Shown: piece by piece, positions 17,803-27,993 of the stretch
How the letters are laid out: each line of letters opens with the position of its first letter
Numbering within the stretch: the first letter of the stretch is position 1
Source: an uncultured Verrucomicrobiae bacterium
GTDB lineage: Bacteria; Verrucomicrobiota; Verrucomicrobiia; Chthoniobacterales; JAFAMB01
Reading direction: 5' to 3'
DNA: 64,000 nucleotides
Assembly: GCA_963782115.1 (NCBI GenBank)
Contig: CAWAIK010000001.1
Location: 64,001-128,000 of the forward strand
Translations under genes and position numbers: made by a program
The notes under the pieces: generated by a model
Told to the model about the DNA's origin: nothing
Databases searched by the model: none
The model's input: the letters and a program-made list of their open reading frames with translations, nothing else

Positions 17803-19455
17803 ATGTCGAAAGAAGCCCCTCCCAGGTTGTCGTGGAGCACCAGGCGGCAAAGAAAGGCGGAACGGCTCGCCGCCGCCAGTCGGTTGGCTGATGGTCGAAT
17901 TTTGGCGCAAGAGGCGATCATCCAGGCTCTTGAAACGCTTATCCGTCCAGGCGATCGCGTCGTGATTGAGGGAAATAACCAAAAGCAGGCAGATTTCCTC
18001 TCGCGGGCTCTGGCACAAGTCGATGCTGAAAAGGTCCATGGCCTGCATCTGCTCATCTCAAGCGTCAGTCGGCGCGAACACCTTGATCTGTTCGAGAACG
18101 GAATCGCGCGAAAAATCGATTTCGCCTACGCGGGGCCCCAAAGTCTTCGCGTCGCGCAATTGCTCGAAGATCGCCGCCTGGAGATCGGCGCGATCCATAC
18201 CTACGTGGAGCTTTACGCCCGCATGTTTATCGATTTGATCCCGAACGTGGCCTTGGTTTGCGCAGCGCAAGGGGATAGGGAAGGCAACCTTTTTACCGGG
18301 CCAAATACCGAGGACACGCCGACCATCGTCGAAGCGACCGGATTCAGCAGCGGCCTGGTCATTGCACAGGTGAACGAGATCGTGGATGAGCTGCCGCGAG
18401 TGGATATCCCCGGTTCGTGGGTCGATTACGTTGTCGAAGCCGACCGTCCATTCGCGATCGAGCCGTTGTTCACGCGCGATCCGCGCCAGATCAATGAGGT
18501 GAACATTCTGATGGCGATGATGGTGATCCGCGGGGTTTATGAACGGCACGAGGTGACATCACTGAACCATGGAGTCGGGTTCGATACGGCGGCGATTGAG
18601 CTGCTGTTGCCGACCTACGCCGAATCCCTCGGACTTAAAGGGAAAATCTGCCGGCACTGGGCCCTGAACCCTCATCCGACGCTGATCCCGGCGATCGAGA
18701 GCGGCTGGGTTGAGAGCATTCATTGTTTCGGCGGGGAGCTTGGGATGGAAGAGTACGTGGCAGCGCGTTCAGATCTGTTTTTTACCGGTCGAGACGGCAG
18801 TCTGCGTTCAAACCGTGTCCTTGCCCAACTTGCGGGACAATATGGGATCGATCTGTTCGTCGGTTCCACGCTGCAGATGGACGGGGACGCAAACTCCTCG
18901 ACGGTCACGTTGGGACGCCTGGCTGGTTTCGGCGGAGCACCAAATTTGGGACACGATCCACACGGTCGCCGCCACGCTTCACCGGCTTGGTTAAGCCTGA
19001 TCCAAGGCGACGCAGAGGTGGGCCGGGGCAGGAAACTTGTCGTGCAGATGGTCGAGACCTACCAGAAAGGAGGCGTGCCGGCGTTCGTGGAATCTCTCGA
19101 TGCTGTAAAGGTCGGGCGCGATGCTGGAATGCCAATCGCGCCGGTCATGATCTATGGCGATGACGTGTCTCACGTCGTGACTGAAGAAGGGGTGGCTTAT
19201 CTCTACAAAGCCCGTGATCTCGGGGAGCGACGCTCGGCTCTGGCCGCCATCGCGGGAGTGACTTCGATTGGTCTGCGTCACGATCCGCGGCGCACCGAAC
19301 AACTGCGCCGGGATGGCCTGGTTGCTTTTCCGGAGGATCTCGGCGTCCGTCCTATGGACGCAAAACGTTCGCTGCTTGCCGCAAAAAGCATCGAAGACCT
19401 TGTTGCGTGGTCAGGAGGTTTGTACAAGCCGCCTGCGCAGTTCAGGAGTTGGTAA
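17803..19455 (+). CDS. mdcA: Malonate decarboxylase alpha subunit
   Basis: EGNNQKQADFL, LNHGVGF, GFGGAPN, PVMIYGDDVSHVVTEEG, terminal YKPPAQFRSW. Confidence 0.95.
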   Translation: MSKEAPPRLSWSTRRQRKAERLAAASRLADGRILAQEAIIQALETLIRPGDRVVIEGNNQKQADFLSRALAQVDAEKVHGLHLLISSVSRREHLDLFENGIARKIDFAYAGPQSLRVAQLLEDRRLEIGAIHTYVELYARMFIDLIPNVALVCAAQGDREGNLFTGPNTEDTPTIVEATGFSSGLVIAQVNEIVDELPRVDIPGSWVDYVVEADRPFAIEPLFTRDPRQINEVNILMAMMVIRGVYERHEVTSLNHGVGFDTAAIELLLPTYAESLGLKGKICRHWALNPHPTLIPAIESGWVESIHCFGGELGMEEYVAARSDLFFTGRDGSLRSNRVLAQLAGQYGIDLFVGSTLQMDGDANSSTVTLGRLAGFGGAPNLGHDPHGRRHASPAWLSLIQGDAEVGRGRKLVVQMVETYQKGGVPAFVESLDAVKVGRDAGMPIAPVMIYGDDVSHVVTEEGVAYLYKARDLGERRSALAAIAGVTSIGLRHDPRRTEQLRRDGLVAFPEDLGVRPMDAKRSLLAAKSIEDLVAWSGGLYKPPAQFRSW

Positions 19456-19494
19456 CATTCACGGATTTGAGGACGTGAACTCTCTTTCGACCGG

Positions 19495-20142
19495 GTGCAA
19501 CCGACTGTTCATGATTTGTTGCGTGTTCGAGGCCCCGCTGATCTGGATCTGGTGAATCGAGATTCCGCACCAGACTGGGTCAGCGAGGAGCTGTGCCGGG
19601 TACCTTGGGTTGTGGTGCGGCGTGCCCCGCTCGAGGGCGAATTCGTTCCGGTCGGTGTCCGAGGTCAAAGTCGAGGCGCACGTTTCGCCGCTTTCGTTCA
19701 CTCGTCGTCGATCGTTGAATTCGTGACTCCGGAGAGTCTTTCTTCATCTCAAGCCTGGAAAAAAGCCCCTCGCTACGAGGAACTGCCTGCGATGCGCGCG
19801 CTCTCCCATGTTCACGCGACTCTTGGGAGATCCGGTCTCAGTTGGGGTCCGGCCGGCAGCGTTGGGTTCGAGCTGGCGAGCGGTGCTCCTGTCGCCAGTC
19901 TGAAGAGCGATCTCGATCTGATCGTTCGTGTGAGTGACTTCCTGATCCCACCGGCGACCACCAAAACATTGCTCTCGATAGTACAGGGAAATGTAGTTCG
20001 CGTTGACTTGTTGTTGGAGACAATGGAGGGCGCGATATCTTTTCTCGAATATGCCGGCAGAGGACCGAACCTGCTTCTGCGGACCGTCAATGGCCCGAGC
20101 CTGATTCGGCACGTCAGGGATACGACAGGTGAACGAAGGTAG
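19495..20142 (+). CDS. mdcG: Malonate decarboxylase holo-ACP synthase (phosphoribosyl-dephospho-CoA transferase)
   Basis: HDLL, VVVRR, VGVRG, WGPAGSVGFELASG, SDLDL. Confidence 0.88.
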   Translation: MQPTVHDLLRVRGPADLDLVNRDSAPDWVSEELCRVPWVVVRRAPLEGEFVPVGVRGQSRGARFAAFVHSSSIVEFVTPESLSSSQAWKKAPRYEELPAMRALSHVHATLGRSGLSWGPAGSVGFELASGAPVASLKSDLDLIVRVSDFLIPPATTKTLLSIVQGNVVRVDLLLETMEGAISFLEYAGRGPNLLLRTVNGPSLIRHVRDTTGERR

Positions 20143-20214
20143 CGACGTGGAGCGAGTGTTCGCTCCCAAAGACATCGATAACGATCACGAGCACGATTGA
20201 AGCGAAGTGTTTCC

Positions 20215-21144
20215 ATGAGCGTGGCTCTTCTTTTTCCGGGTCAAGGTTCGCAGCAGGCGGGTATGCTGCACGATCTTCCCGAGCGTGCGGCGACTGCGGC
20301 CACTTTGAAAGAGGCAAGCGTGGCTCTGGCACGAGATGTTCTTGAATTGGATTCCGAGGTGGCGCTTCGTTCGACGGCTGCGGCTCAGCTTGCTTTGCTG
20401 ATAGCCGGCGTTGCGTTTGCTCGAGTTTTGCTGGCAGAGGGCGCGATGCCAAACATCGTCGGCGGGCTGTCGGTTGGGTCTTTTGCGGCTGCGGTGATCG
20501 CCGATTCGCTCGATTTCGGTCTCGCGTTGCCGCTGGTCCGGCTTCGCGGCGAACTCATGGAAAAGATGTATCCGCGCGGGTATGGGATGGCGGCGATCAT
20601 GGGGCTCGACGAAAAACAGTTGAGCGACCTCGTCGCAGAAGTTGCCTCGCCGGACTCGCCCGTTTTTCTAGCGAATTTGAATGCGCCTCGACAGATTGTT
20701 GTGTCTGGAGCCGAGCCTGGACTGGAAAAATTAATGGAGAAGGCGCGGTTAGCCGGTGCCGGGAAGACCCAGCGGCTGAATGTTTCTGTTCCCTCTCATT
20801 GTCGGCTTCTGGAGCAGGTTGCGGAGGAACTGGATTGCGCCATGGCCGAGGTCCCACTCCGTCCCCCGAAATGCGTTTATGTCGGGAACCGTGGCGGAAG
20901 ACCTCTCCGCGATTCGGCTTCGGTTCGCCGGGAGCTGGTTAGCAATGTGGCGCACCCGGTTCGATGGCACGACGCGACGGCGCTCATGTTCGAACTTGGT
21001 GCGCGGCTGTTTGTGGAGTTGCCTCCCGGCCAGGTGCTGGCTAACCTTGCCGCCGCTTCGTTTCCCGGAGCACGAGCCGTCGCGTGCGCAGGGAGCCGGA
21101 TAGATTCCATCACCCAATTGGTGCGGCGTTATCATGAAGATTGA
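20215..21144 (+). CDS. mdcH: Malonate decarboxylase epsilon subunit (malonyl-CoA:ACP transacylase)
   Basis: FPGQGSQ, GLSVG active-site motif, VSVPSHC, PVRW; within the mdc cluster. Confidence 0.88.
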   Translation: MSVALLFPGQGSQQAGMLHDLPERAATAATLKEASVALARDVLELDSEVALRSTAAAQLALLIAGVAFARVLLAEGAMPNIVGGLSVGSFAAAVIADSLDFGLALPLVRLRGELMEKMYPRGYGMAAIMGLDEKQLSDLVAEVASPDSPVFLANLNAPRQIVVSGAEPGLEKLMEKARLAGAGKTQRLNVSVPSHCRLLEQVAEELDCAMAEVPLRPPKCVYVGNRGGRPLRDSASVRRELVSNVAHPVRWHDATALMFELGARLFVELPPGQVLANLAAASFPGARAVACAGSRIDSITQLVRRYHED

Positions 21145-21297
21145 GAAACTTACACGCGAGGCGTTTGCCCGATTCGGAGAGTTGATCACGCTCGACGGAG
21201 CCCAGCATTATCCGATAAACGAAGGCACCACCGAACGGTTCCATGATCCGGCCTTAATTGATGTCTCGGACCAAAACGGCAAACCCCTAATCAGTTT
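21134..21297 (+). pseudogene. allA: Ureidoglycolate lyase N-terminal remnant
   Basis: LTREAFARFGELI...INEGTTERFHD..IDV....KPLISL, after which similarity ends abruptly. Confidence 0.7.
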
Positions 21298-21618
21298 GAA
21301 GGCGACGCAAACCCGATGGCGGCTGCGAACGCTCCGCGGATTCCTGCGCGCAGATAACCAAGTGCGATAGCGACCTGGCTGCTGGCTGTGACCCGGAAGG
21401 AATTGGCACAAAGCGACCAGATCGCCATAGGCGCTCTCTAAAATCCACTCCCGGCGATGAACGATTTCGCGCTGGAAAAATCCTAGATGCGCTATTGGAC
21501 CGCCGAAAGCGGTCAATCCCAGTTTCAAGAAAACCAGAAAAACCTCGATTGGGTTTCCTCGTGCGGAAGCAGCCGGCCGAATTTCCACCGGACCGTTCTC
21601 ACCTGTTGCCGCAGCCAT
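21297..21618 (-). pseudogene. chrA: Chromate transporter N-terminal remnant with frameshift
   Basis: FLKLGLTAFGGPIAHLGFF...LVALCQFLPG, then in a shifted frame ASSQVAIALGYLRAGIRGAFAAAIGFASPS; truncated at about 21297. Confidence 0.8.
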
Positions 21619-21750
21619 AATTGACCTAATTGGCGTCTGAAAGAGGAGATCGATGTGGAAAGTCGTTCTATTTCCATTTTGTAATGTTCTAGCAAGGCAT
21701 CCGTCAGTTCGGTTGGCTCATAGTGCGAAATAAACCAACTCAATGAATTT

Positions 21751-23256
21751 ATGACGAGAAAATCACTAAAACCGCTTGTATGCAGCACACTCTTGCTTGG
21801 AGGTTCAGCACTTTTCCTGGCAACGGGTTTCGCCTTGAACAGCGGAGCAAATGACAACGGGACACAGAATGCGCCTTTGCATGTCCAGTTGGACAACACA
21901 CCGTTAACGCGAGACGTAAAGGAAGGCAACAGCTTCGCGCCTATCGTAAAGAAAGTCGCACCGAGCGTGGTCAAAATCTTTGTCACGATGAAAGGGACGA
22001 ATAATCCCCTCGCAAATTCCGACATGGATTTTTTCCGCCGCTTCTTTGGAGAAGATGGTTCCAATTTGGGGAATCGCGGCCGGCTTCATGTGCCGACGGA
22101 ACATGGGCTCGGATCGGGTGTCATCGTTTCACCCGACGGCTATATTCTTACCAATAATCACGTGGTAACCAACGCCAGCGAGATTCAGGTCGCTCTAAGC
22201 GATGGCCGCCAGTTCACCGCTAAAGTGATCGGCTCGGATCCGAAAACAGACGTTGCTCTGATCCGGATCAAGGCAGATAATTTGCCCGCTTTGACTCTGG
22301 CGGACAGTGACAAGATCGAGGTCGGAGATGTTGTTCTGGCCGTCGGCAACCCGTTCGGGATTGGCCAGACGGTGACCAAAGGTATTGTCAGCGCGAAAGA
22401 TCGTACGACTTCGGGAGACATGGATGAAGACTTCATCCAGACCGATGCCGCGATTAATCCTGGCAACTCAGGTGGCGCGCTGGTCGACACCGAAGGACGT
22501 CTTGTTGGTATCAACTCTGCGATTCTAACGCACAGCGGGGGAAATCAGGGCATCGGCTTTGCGGTTCCTTCCAACCTCTGCCGATGGGTCATGGACAGCC
22601 TGGTGAAAAATGGACACGTTGAGCGTGGATTCCTGGGTGTGATGATCCAGAACCTTACCCCGGATTTGGCAACGGCATTCAAGCTGGACCGCACGACAGG
22701 TGCGCTGGTAGGAGACGTGAGCCCGGGCAGCCCCGCGGATATAGCTGGGTTGAAGAGCGGCGACGTGATTTCCCAGTTGAATGGCCAGCCGATTGAGGAT
22801 GCCAGCCAGCTGAAACTTCGGGTGGCCGAGTCAACGCCTGGTTCAAAGGTACAGTTAACCGTCAATCGAAATGGCGAATCCAAGAGCTTTGATGTCACTC
22901 TGGGCAACCTGCCTGAAAATAAGGTGGCGAAAGCCGACGAGCGAAGCGGGAATGCTAAAGCGGAAGCTCTTGCGGGTGTCGGTGTTGCGGATCTCGATCA
23001 GAATACCCGCACCGAATTGAATATCCCGGCGCAAGTGCAGGGTGCGGTTATTACCCAGGTTGCACCTGACTCCGCCGCTTACCAAGCCGGTCTGCGACCC
23101 GGGGATGTGATCACCGAACTTAACCGCAAATCGGTGAAGAACGCGCAGGACGCGATCGCTGATACCGAAAATCCGGCCGGTAATCAAACCTTGGTAAAAG
23201 TCTGGACCAAGGATGGCAGTCACTACTTGACCGTTGATGAGTCAACTCAGGGTTAG
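21751..23256 (+). CDS. degP: DegP/DegQ (HtrA) periplasmic serine protease with two PDZ domains
   Basis: GSGVIV, LTNNHVV, DVAL, TDAAINPGNSGG, two PDZ-like repeats. Confidence 0.93.
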   Translation: MTRKSLKPLVCSTLLLGGSALFLATGFALNSGANDNGTQNAPLHVQLDNTPLTRDVKEGNSFAPIVKKVAPSVVKIFVTMKGTNNPLANSDMDFFRRFFGEDGSNLGNRGRLHVPTEHGLGSGVIVSPDGYILTNNHVVTNASEIQVALSDGRQFTAKVIGSDPKTDVALIRIKADNLPALTLADSDKIEVGDVVLAVGNPFGIGQTVTKGIVSAKDRTTSGDMDEDFIQTDAAINPGNSGGALVDTEGRLVGINSAILTHSGGNQGIGFAVPSNLCRWVMDSLVKNGHVERGFLGVMIQNLTPDLATAFKLDRTTGALVGDVSPGSPADIAGLKSGDVISQLNGQPIEDASQLKLRVAESTPGSKVQLTVNRNGESKSFDVTLGNLPENKVAKADERSGNAKAEALAGVGVADLDQNTRTELNIPAQVQGAVITQVAPDSAAYQAGLRPGDVITELNRKSVKNAQDAIADTENPAGNQTLVKVWTKDGSHYLTVDESTQG

Positions 23257-23268
23257 GTGACGGAACTC

Positions 23269-23306
23269 GATGCTCTCCTGAGAAGTCAGGAGAGCATCTT
23301 TGCTTT
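23269..23306 (+). terminator. Intrinsic terminator after degP
   Basis: GATGCTCTCCTGA-GAAG-TCAGGAGAGCATC followed by TTTGCTTT. Confidence 0.8.
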
Positions 23307-23441
23307 CGCCTGGAAACGATCTCCTCCAACCTGCGGAATCTGCGATTTAAAATCCGGAACTTAACCTACTCCACGCAGAGAATGACATTCGCAAACAGCA
23401 GTACGGGAGATGGAGAAATCTGTTATATTCCTGCCTCTCCT

Positions 23442-24116
23442 ATGCGCATACTGGTTGTCGAAGATGACGACAAAATCGCATCTTTCGTGGTAAACGGTCT
23501 CAAACAGAGCGGCTTCGCAGTTGACCGCGCAAACGATGGCGAGCAGGCGCTCGACTTTGGATTGTCGATCTCCTACGACGCGGCGGTGCTCGATTTGATG
23601 TTGCCCGGCCTGGATGGCCTTGCGGTCTTGCGCCAACTCCGTCAGAAAAAAGTTTCTTTGCCAGTGCTGATCCTTAGCGCGCGCGCGGGTGTGGATGATC
23701 GGGTGCTCGGGCTGCAGTCCGGAGGCGACGATTACTTGACAAAACCGTTCGCTTTCTCGGAGTTGCTTGCCCGTGTCCAAGCTTTGATCCGTCGTGCGAC
23801 TCACTCGGCCGAGCCGAGCCACTTGTCGATGGCCGATCTTAGAATGGACCTGTTCACGCGGGAAATCGTTCGCGCAGGGCAAAAAATCGAGCTCCAATCC
23901 CGCGAGTTTGCTTTGCTCGAACTGCTGCTGCGTCATGCCGGGCGGCCTGTCACTAAGACAATGATTCTAGAGCACGTCTGGGACTTCAGTTTCGATCCTC
24001 AAACCAACGTAGTGGATGTGCTGGTGCACCGGCTTCGCTCCAAAGTTGACAGGGGATTTACGCAGAAGTTGATCCACACGATTCGCGGTGTGGGGTATGT
24101 TATCAGGCCGAACTAG
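23442..24116 (+). CDS. OmpR-family response regulator (CusR/CzcR-like)
   Basis: MRILVVEDD, LDLMLPG, DDYLTKPF, TNVVDV, IHTIRGVGY. Confidence 0.93.
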   Translation: MRILVVEDDDKIASFVVNGLKQSGFAVDRANDGEQALDFGLSISYDAAVLDLMLPGLDGLAVLRQLRQKKVSLPVLILSARAGVDDRVLGLQSGGDDYLTKPFAFSELLARVQALIRRATHSAEPSHLSMADLRMDLFTREIVRAGQKIELQSREFALLELLLRHAGRPVTKTMILEHVWDFSFDPQTNVVDVLVHRLRSKVDRGFTQKLIHTIRGVGYVIRPN

Positions 24117-24162
24117 TACCAGTGTCCTCTCCCTGACAGCCAACTGACCTCCGACAAAATAT

Positions 24163-25581
24163 ATGTTATTTCGGGGACAGGCCACTACCAGTATCTGGCA
24201 AAGTTTTGCCGTTCGACTCGGCCTCTGGTTCGCCGCCACTTTCACCGTCAGCGCAGTCATTTTATTCGCGCTTCTTTATATCCTTTTGACTTCTTTCTTT
24301 GAGCAGAGCGAACGCGAAATCATCCAGGCCCGTCTGAAGGAGTGCGCCGCGGTTTATGAGGCCCAGGGCCTTCCCGCGCTGAATGATTTGGTTCATCGGA
24401 CGGAATTCGATCAAAATGAGGGCCCATTTTTCGTTCGGGTGACGGGCCGGCAAGGAAGTGTCCTCTTGCTGGAGGCGCCTCAGGATTGGATCAGGACAGC
24501 GAAAACGGCGGTGGACGAAAATGGCGCAAGCCAGCACGCCTGGCTGCAGATTCCCAAGGATGATCGCACGGAGTTCATCATCGCCAGGACTTTGCTGAGT
24601 GATGGATCAATCCTGCAGGTCGGGAGAAGCATCAACCGCAGCCAGACATTGCTGGGCCCCTTTCTGAGTTCCTTCCTTCTCGTGATGGCGCCAACCTTCC
24701 TGCTTGGCCTGGTCGGCGGAGCGATTTTCGCTCACAGGGCCACCGCGCCTGTCCGAGAGATCATGCGGACGGCTCGGACGATCATCAACACCGGCAATTT
24801 GGCGGAACGCGTACCGGAGAGTCAGGCGCAAAGCGAATTGGCGGAACTCGCGCGTCAGTTCAACCGCGTTTTGGAGAAGAATCAGGCCTTGATACGCGGT
24901 ATGCGTGAAGCGCTCGACAATGTCGCACACGATCTGCGTACACCATTGACGCGAATGCGTGGGTCCGCAGAATTGGCGTTGCAGAGCGACTCAGAGGTTC
25001 CGAAGCATGAGGCGTTGGCGGATTGTATTGAAGAATCCGATCGAGTACTGACCATGCTCAACACTTTGATGGATATCACGGAAGCCGAGCATGGGATGAT
25101 GCGGCTGCACCGGGAACTGAAATCCGTCTCACAACTGCTGGAGAATGTGCTCGAGGTTTATCGACTGGTTGCCGACGAAAAGAAGATCGAAATCACCGCG
25201 AATTGCGACGGTCCCTGCTATGCTGACGTCGATCCCAACCGCATGCAACAAGCTCTTGCGAACCTTCTCGACAACGCCGTCAAATACACGCCCGAGCATG
25301 GTCGGATTTCCATCGAATGCTCGTCGTCGGATGACACGGTTCAAGTCCGGATCAAGGACGATGGAATCGGGATCCCCGTCGCGGAGCAGCCGAGAATTTG
25401 GGACCGATTGTACCGGGGTGACAAGAGCAGGGGACAACGCGGCCTCGGTCTGGGATTAAGTCTCGTCAAAGCCGTAGTGAAAGCTCACGGAGGACGTGTC
25501 ACGGTGGAAAGCGCTGAAGGGGCCGGATCAGAGTTCAGTGTCTCGCTGCCTGTTGGCGCGAAGGTCCAGGCAGTGACTTGA
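24163..25581 (+). CDS. HAMP-containing sensor histidine kinase
   Basis: Two TM helices, AHDLRTPL H-box, [20 protein letters not shown]. Confidence 0.93.
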   Translation: MLFRGQATTSIWQSFAVRLGLWFAATFTVSAVILFALLYILLTSFFEQSEREIIQARLKECAAVYEAQGLPALNDLVHRTEFDQNEGPFFVRVTGRQGSVLLLEAPQDWIRTAKTAVDENGASQHAWLQIPKDDRTEFIIARTLLSDGSILQVGRSINRSQTLLGPFLSSFLLVMAPTFLLGLVGGAIFAHRATAPVREIMRTARTIINTGNLAERVPESQAQSELAELARQFNRVLEKNQALIRGMREALDNVAHDLRTPLTRMRGSAELALQSDSEVPKHEALADCIEESDRVLTMLNTLMDITEAEHGMMRLHRELKSVSQLLENVLEVYRLVADEKKIEITANCDGPCYADVDPNRMQQALANLLDNAVKYTPEHGRISIECSSSDDTVQVRIKDDGIGIPVAEQPRIWDRLYRGDKSRGQRGLGLGLSLVKAVVKAHGGRVTVESAEGAGSEFSVSLPVGAKVQAVT

Positions 25582-25785
25582 TTGGTAGAAATCTGCGCCA
25601 TGAATTTTGCAAGATGGGGAATCAGTCTTGCCGAGATGTGGAGCGAATGTTGGCCAAGAACTGAACCAGATTCCGTTGTCCCGGGGTAGGCGAACCGTTC
25701 ACTCCACGGTTTGCTCGAATTTGAAGCACCAATGAGGGACGCTTCGCCTCCGGCTCCGACCGCCGATTCGCCGGCACGCTCCGCC

Positions 25786-26271
25786 CTACGCCGCCGATTT
25801 TGTCGCTTCTTCTGTGACGAAAAGCCGGATCAGGATCGCAGTCGTATTGTCACCGAGTCGTATCTTTAAGAAGCGAACATAATATTGCCTCTGATCCGGG
25901 GTGTAAAAGTAGCGTCTCAGATTTGGAGATTCTGAGGCATAACGGGAAAGTGTTGCGATATGCGCCAGTAAAATCGCGATGAAGCCAAATTGAATCTGGG
26001 TGAGCGGTTTTTGCCCAATAAACTCGCTTCCTATTTTGAAATGAACGCTGACCTCTCCGAATTTCTCCAGGGGCGTTAGTTGGATTTCCGATGCGCCGAC
26101 CTCCAGCGCCGCTTCCAGGACCGCAAAGGTGAAATCCCCGGCATTCACATCTTCCGGCATCCCCCAATCGATGACCCGCGGATAAGGGTCATGCACGATA
26201 CGCGGTTCGCACTTGCTTCCCTCGGAGGGTCTGAGCAGCCGATTGTCCTGTCCGTTTTTTTGTTCGCTCAT
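25786..26271 (-). CDS. Hypothetical protein resembling a stand-alone GspE/PilB N2 domain
   Basis: LEAALEVGASEIQLTP..VSVHFKI.G resembles AxxxxASDIHIEP..VRxRIDG; no Walker A motif. Confidence 0.5.
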   Translation of the reverse strand: MSEQKNGQDNRLLRPSEGSKCEPRIVHDPYPRVIDWGMPEDVNAGDFTFAVLEAALEVGASEIQLTPLEKFGEVSVHFKIGSEFIGQKPLTQIQFGFIAILLAHIATLSRYASESPNLRRYFYTPDQRQYYVRFLKIRLGDNTTAILIRLFVTEEATKSAA

Positions 26272-26442
26272 AACAATGCTAACAGAGAAAAACCTTCGTC
26301 AGAATGCGCTCATGCGAAATTCCGTTGGTGATCCGCAATTAGAGTAAAGGCAGACAAACCACCTCGCAAACCCCAAACGCTCACCGTTTCGACCGCGGTA
26401 TTCCCCGACCCTCTCTTCAGCACTGACAACTGATGCAACTTC

Positions 26443-27453
26443 CTACCCAGCCGGCCAACTCTTTGCGATCAATTCGTAGGAATGCATCCGCTGGGCGTGT
26501 CCGTAAATGGTCGTGATGACCATGAGTTCGTTCGCGCCGACCCGATTCACTTGCTCCAATAATTTTTCTCGGAGCCTTGTGGGTCCGCCGGCGAAATAGT
26601 GTAAACGCGCATAGTTCAACATTTCCTTTTCGCCTATCGAGTATTGGTAAGCGGATGCCTCTTCTGGTGAGGCTAACGGCGCGGGCCGGCCGGTCCGTAA
26701 GCGGATCCAGGCCAATTCAAAGGTGGATGCCAAGTGTTCGGCCTCCTCATCGGTTTCACCGCAGATCGCCTGGGCGGTAAGAATCGTGCGCGGTCGATCA
26801 AGCCAACGCGATGCCCGAAAGCTGGATCGATAAACGTCGAGCGCCGGCAGCGCTCCACTGGGATTGATATGATGAGCGAAGGCGAACCCCAGCCCGAAGT
26901 CCGCGGCGATCGCCGCGCCGTCCTCGGTTGATCCGAGCACCCAAATGGGTGGCAACGCGACATCATTGGGAATCACTCGAATGCTGGCAAATGGATGATT
27001 CGTTGGCAGGTCTCCTCTGCTCAGGCCGACAAGCTCAGCAAGCTGCGCTGGAAAATCTACCGCTCCGAGTCTCTCTTTGCTTCTACGCAATGCCAGCGCA
27101 GTGAGCTGATCGGTGCCGGGTGCACGACCGATACCGAGATCGATGCGGTGTGGGTACAGCGCTTCGAGCACATGAAACGTTTCCGCCACCCGCAACGGAG
27201 CGTGATTGGGAAGCATGATCCCACCAGAGCCTATCCGCATGCGTGAAGTTCGTGCGGCGATCTGTCCGATCATGATTTCCGGAGCGGTGCTCGCGACGCT
27301 CGGAATGTTGTGATGCTCGGCGACCCAAAAGCGATAGTAACCGAGCTGTTCGGCGCGTTGCGCAAGTTCCACTGTGTCGCGAACCGCTTGAGCTGCACCT
27401 TGTCCGGCCGAGATCGGCGATAAGTCCAAGACAGATAAAGGCAAACTAGCCAT
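26443..27453 (-). CDS. LLM-class (luciferase-like) flavin-dependent oxidoreductase
   Basis: [35 protein letters not shown]. Confidence 0.92.
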   Translation of the reverse strand: MASLPLSVLDLSPISAGQGAAQAVRDTVELAQRAEQLGYYRFWVAEHHNIPSVASTAPEIMIGQIAARTSRMRIGSGGIMLPNHAPLRVAETFHVLEALYPHRIDLGIGRAPGTDQLTALALRRSKERLGAVDFPAQLAELVGLSRGDLPTNHPFASIRVIPNDVALPPIWVLGSTEDGAAIAADFGLGFAFAHHINPSGALPALDVYRSSFRASRWLDRPRTILTAQAICGETDEEAEHLASTFELAWIRLRTGRPAPLASPEEASAYQYSIGEKEMLNYARLHYFAGGPTRLREKLLEQVNRVGANELMVITTIYGHAQRMHSYELIAKSWPAG

Positions 27454-27486
27454 TGCTGAACTGTAAACGGGAATCTGGCGGCTTCG

Positions 27487-27552
27487 AATCAGAAAACAGG
27501 GGACAGGAATTAGAAAACAGGGGACAGGAGACAGGAGTCAGAAGACAGGAGC
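27487..27552. repeat. Heptamer-periodic tandem repeat (CAGGAGA/CAGGGGA/CAGAAAA)
   Basis: AGAAAACAGGGGACAGGA occurs twice, followed by further ACAGGAG units. Confidence 0.7.
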
Positions 27553-27846
27553 CAAAGGCGCTTCCGTCAGGGCAATTACGGGGGAAGCACCAGAACCAGA
27601 CCATCGTTTAGGGCATGCGGCAAGAGTAGCACGGCGTTTTGCAGCCCAACTCAACCAGCCTCGAAGCTTGGCGCTTTTGAGACGGTCCGAAGGCGGGAAA
27701 CGGATGCCTTGTCCGGACGAGGTTGCGAAGTTGGGACAAACGCTTCCCGAAAGTGAGAAATTGCAAGCTGAGCACGGGAGACGTAAGTCTGAAGAAAAAG
27801 ACATAACCAACTGAAGAGCATCGAGTTAGGCGAGATAGATAAACTT

Positions 27847-27861
27847 TGGCACCAATCTTGC
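27847..27861 (+). promoter_or_regulatory. Sigma-54 (-24/-12) promoter, near-consensus
   Basis: TGGCACCAATCTTGC matches TGGCAC-N5-TTGC exactly. Confidence 0.7.
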
Positions 27862-27876
27862 TTTTGTATTTATTTG

Positions 27877-27993
27877 ATGAGAGAGTTATGGGCAGGTCTT
27901 CTGATGCTGATGGTTTGCGGTGCGATATATCTGCAGACTGATCCGACGATCTGGAACAACCTCTCTCAGGTTGTGGTGTGGCTTATCGGGTGA
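27877..27993 (+). CDS. Small hydrophobic peptide, 38 aa (below the ORF-track cutoff)
   Basis: MRELWAGLLMLMVCGAIYLQTDPTIWNNLSQVVVWLIG*, starting 16 nt after the -12 GC of the sigma-54 motif. Confidence 0.5.
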   Translation: MRELWAGLLMLMVCGAIYLQTDPTIWNNLSQVVVWLIG

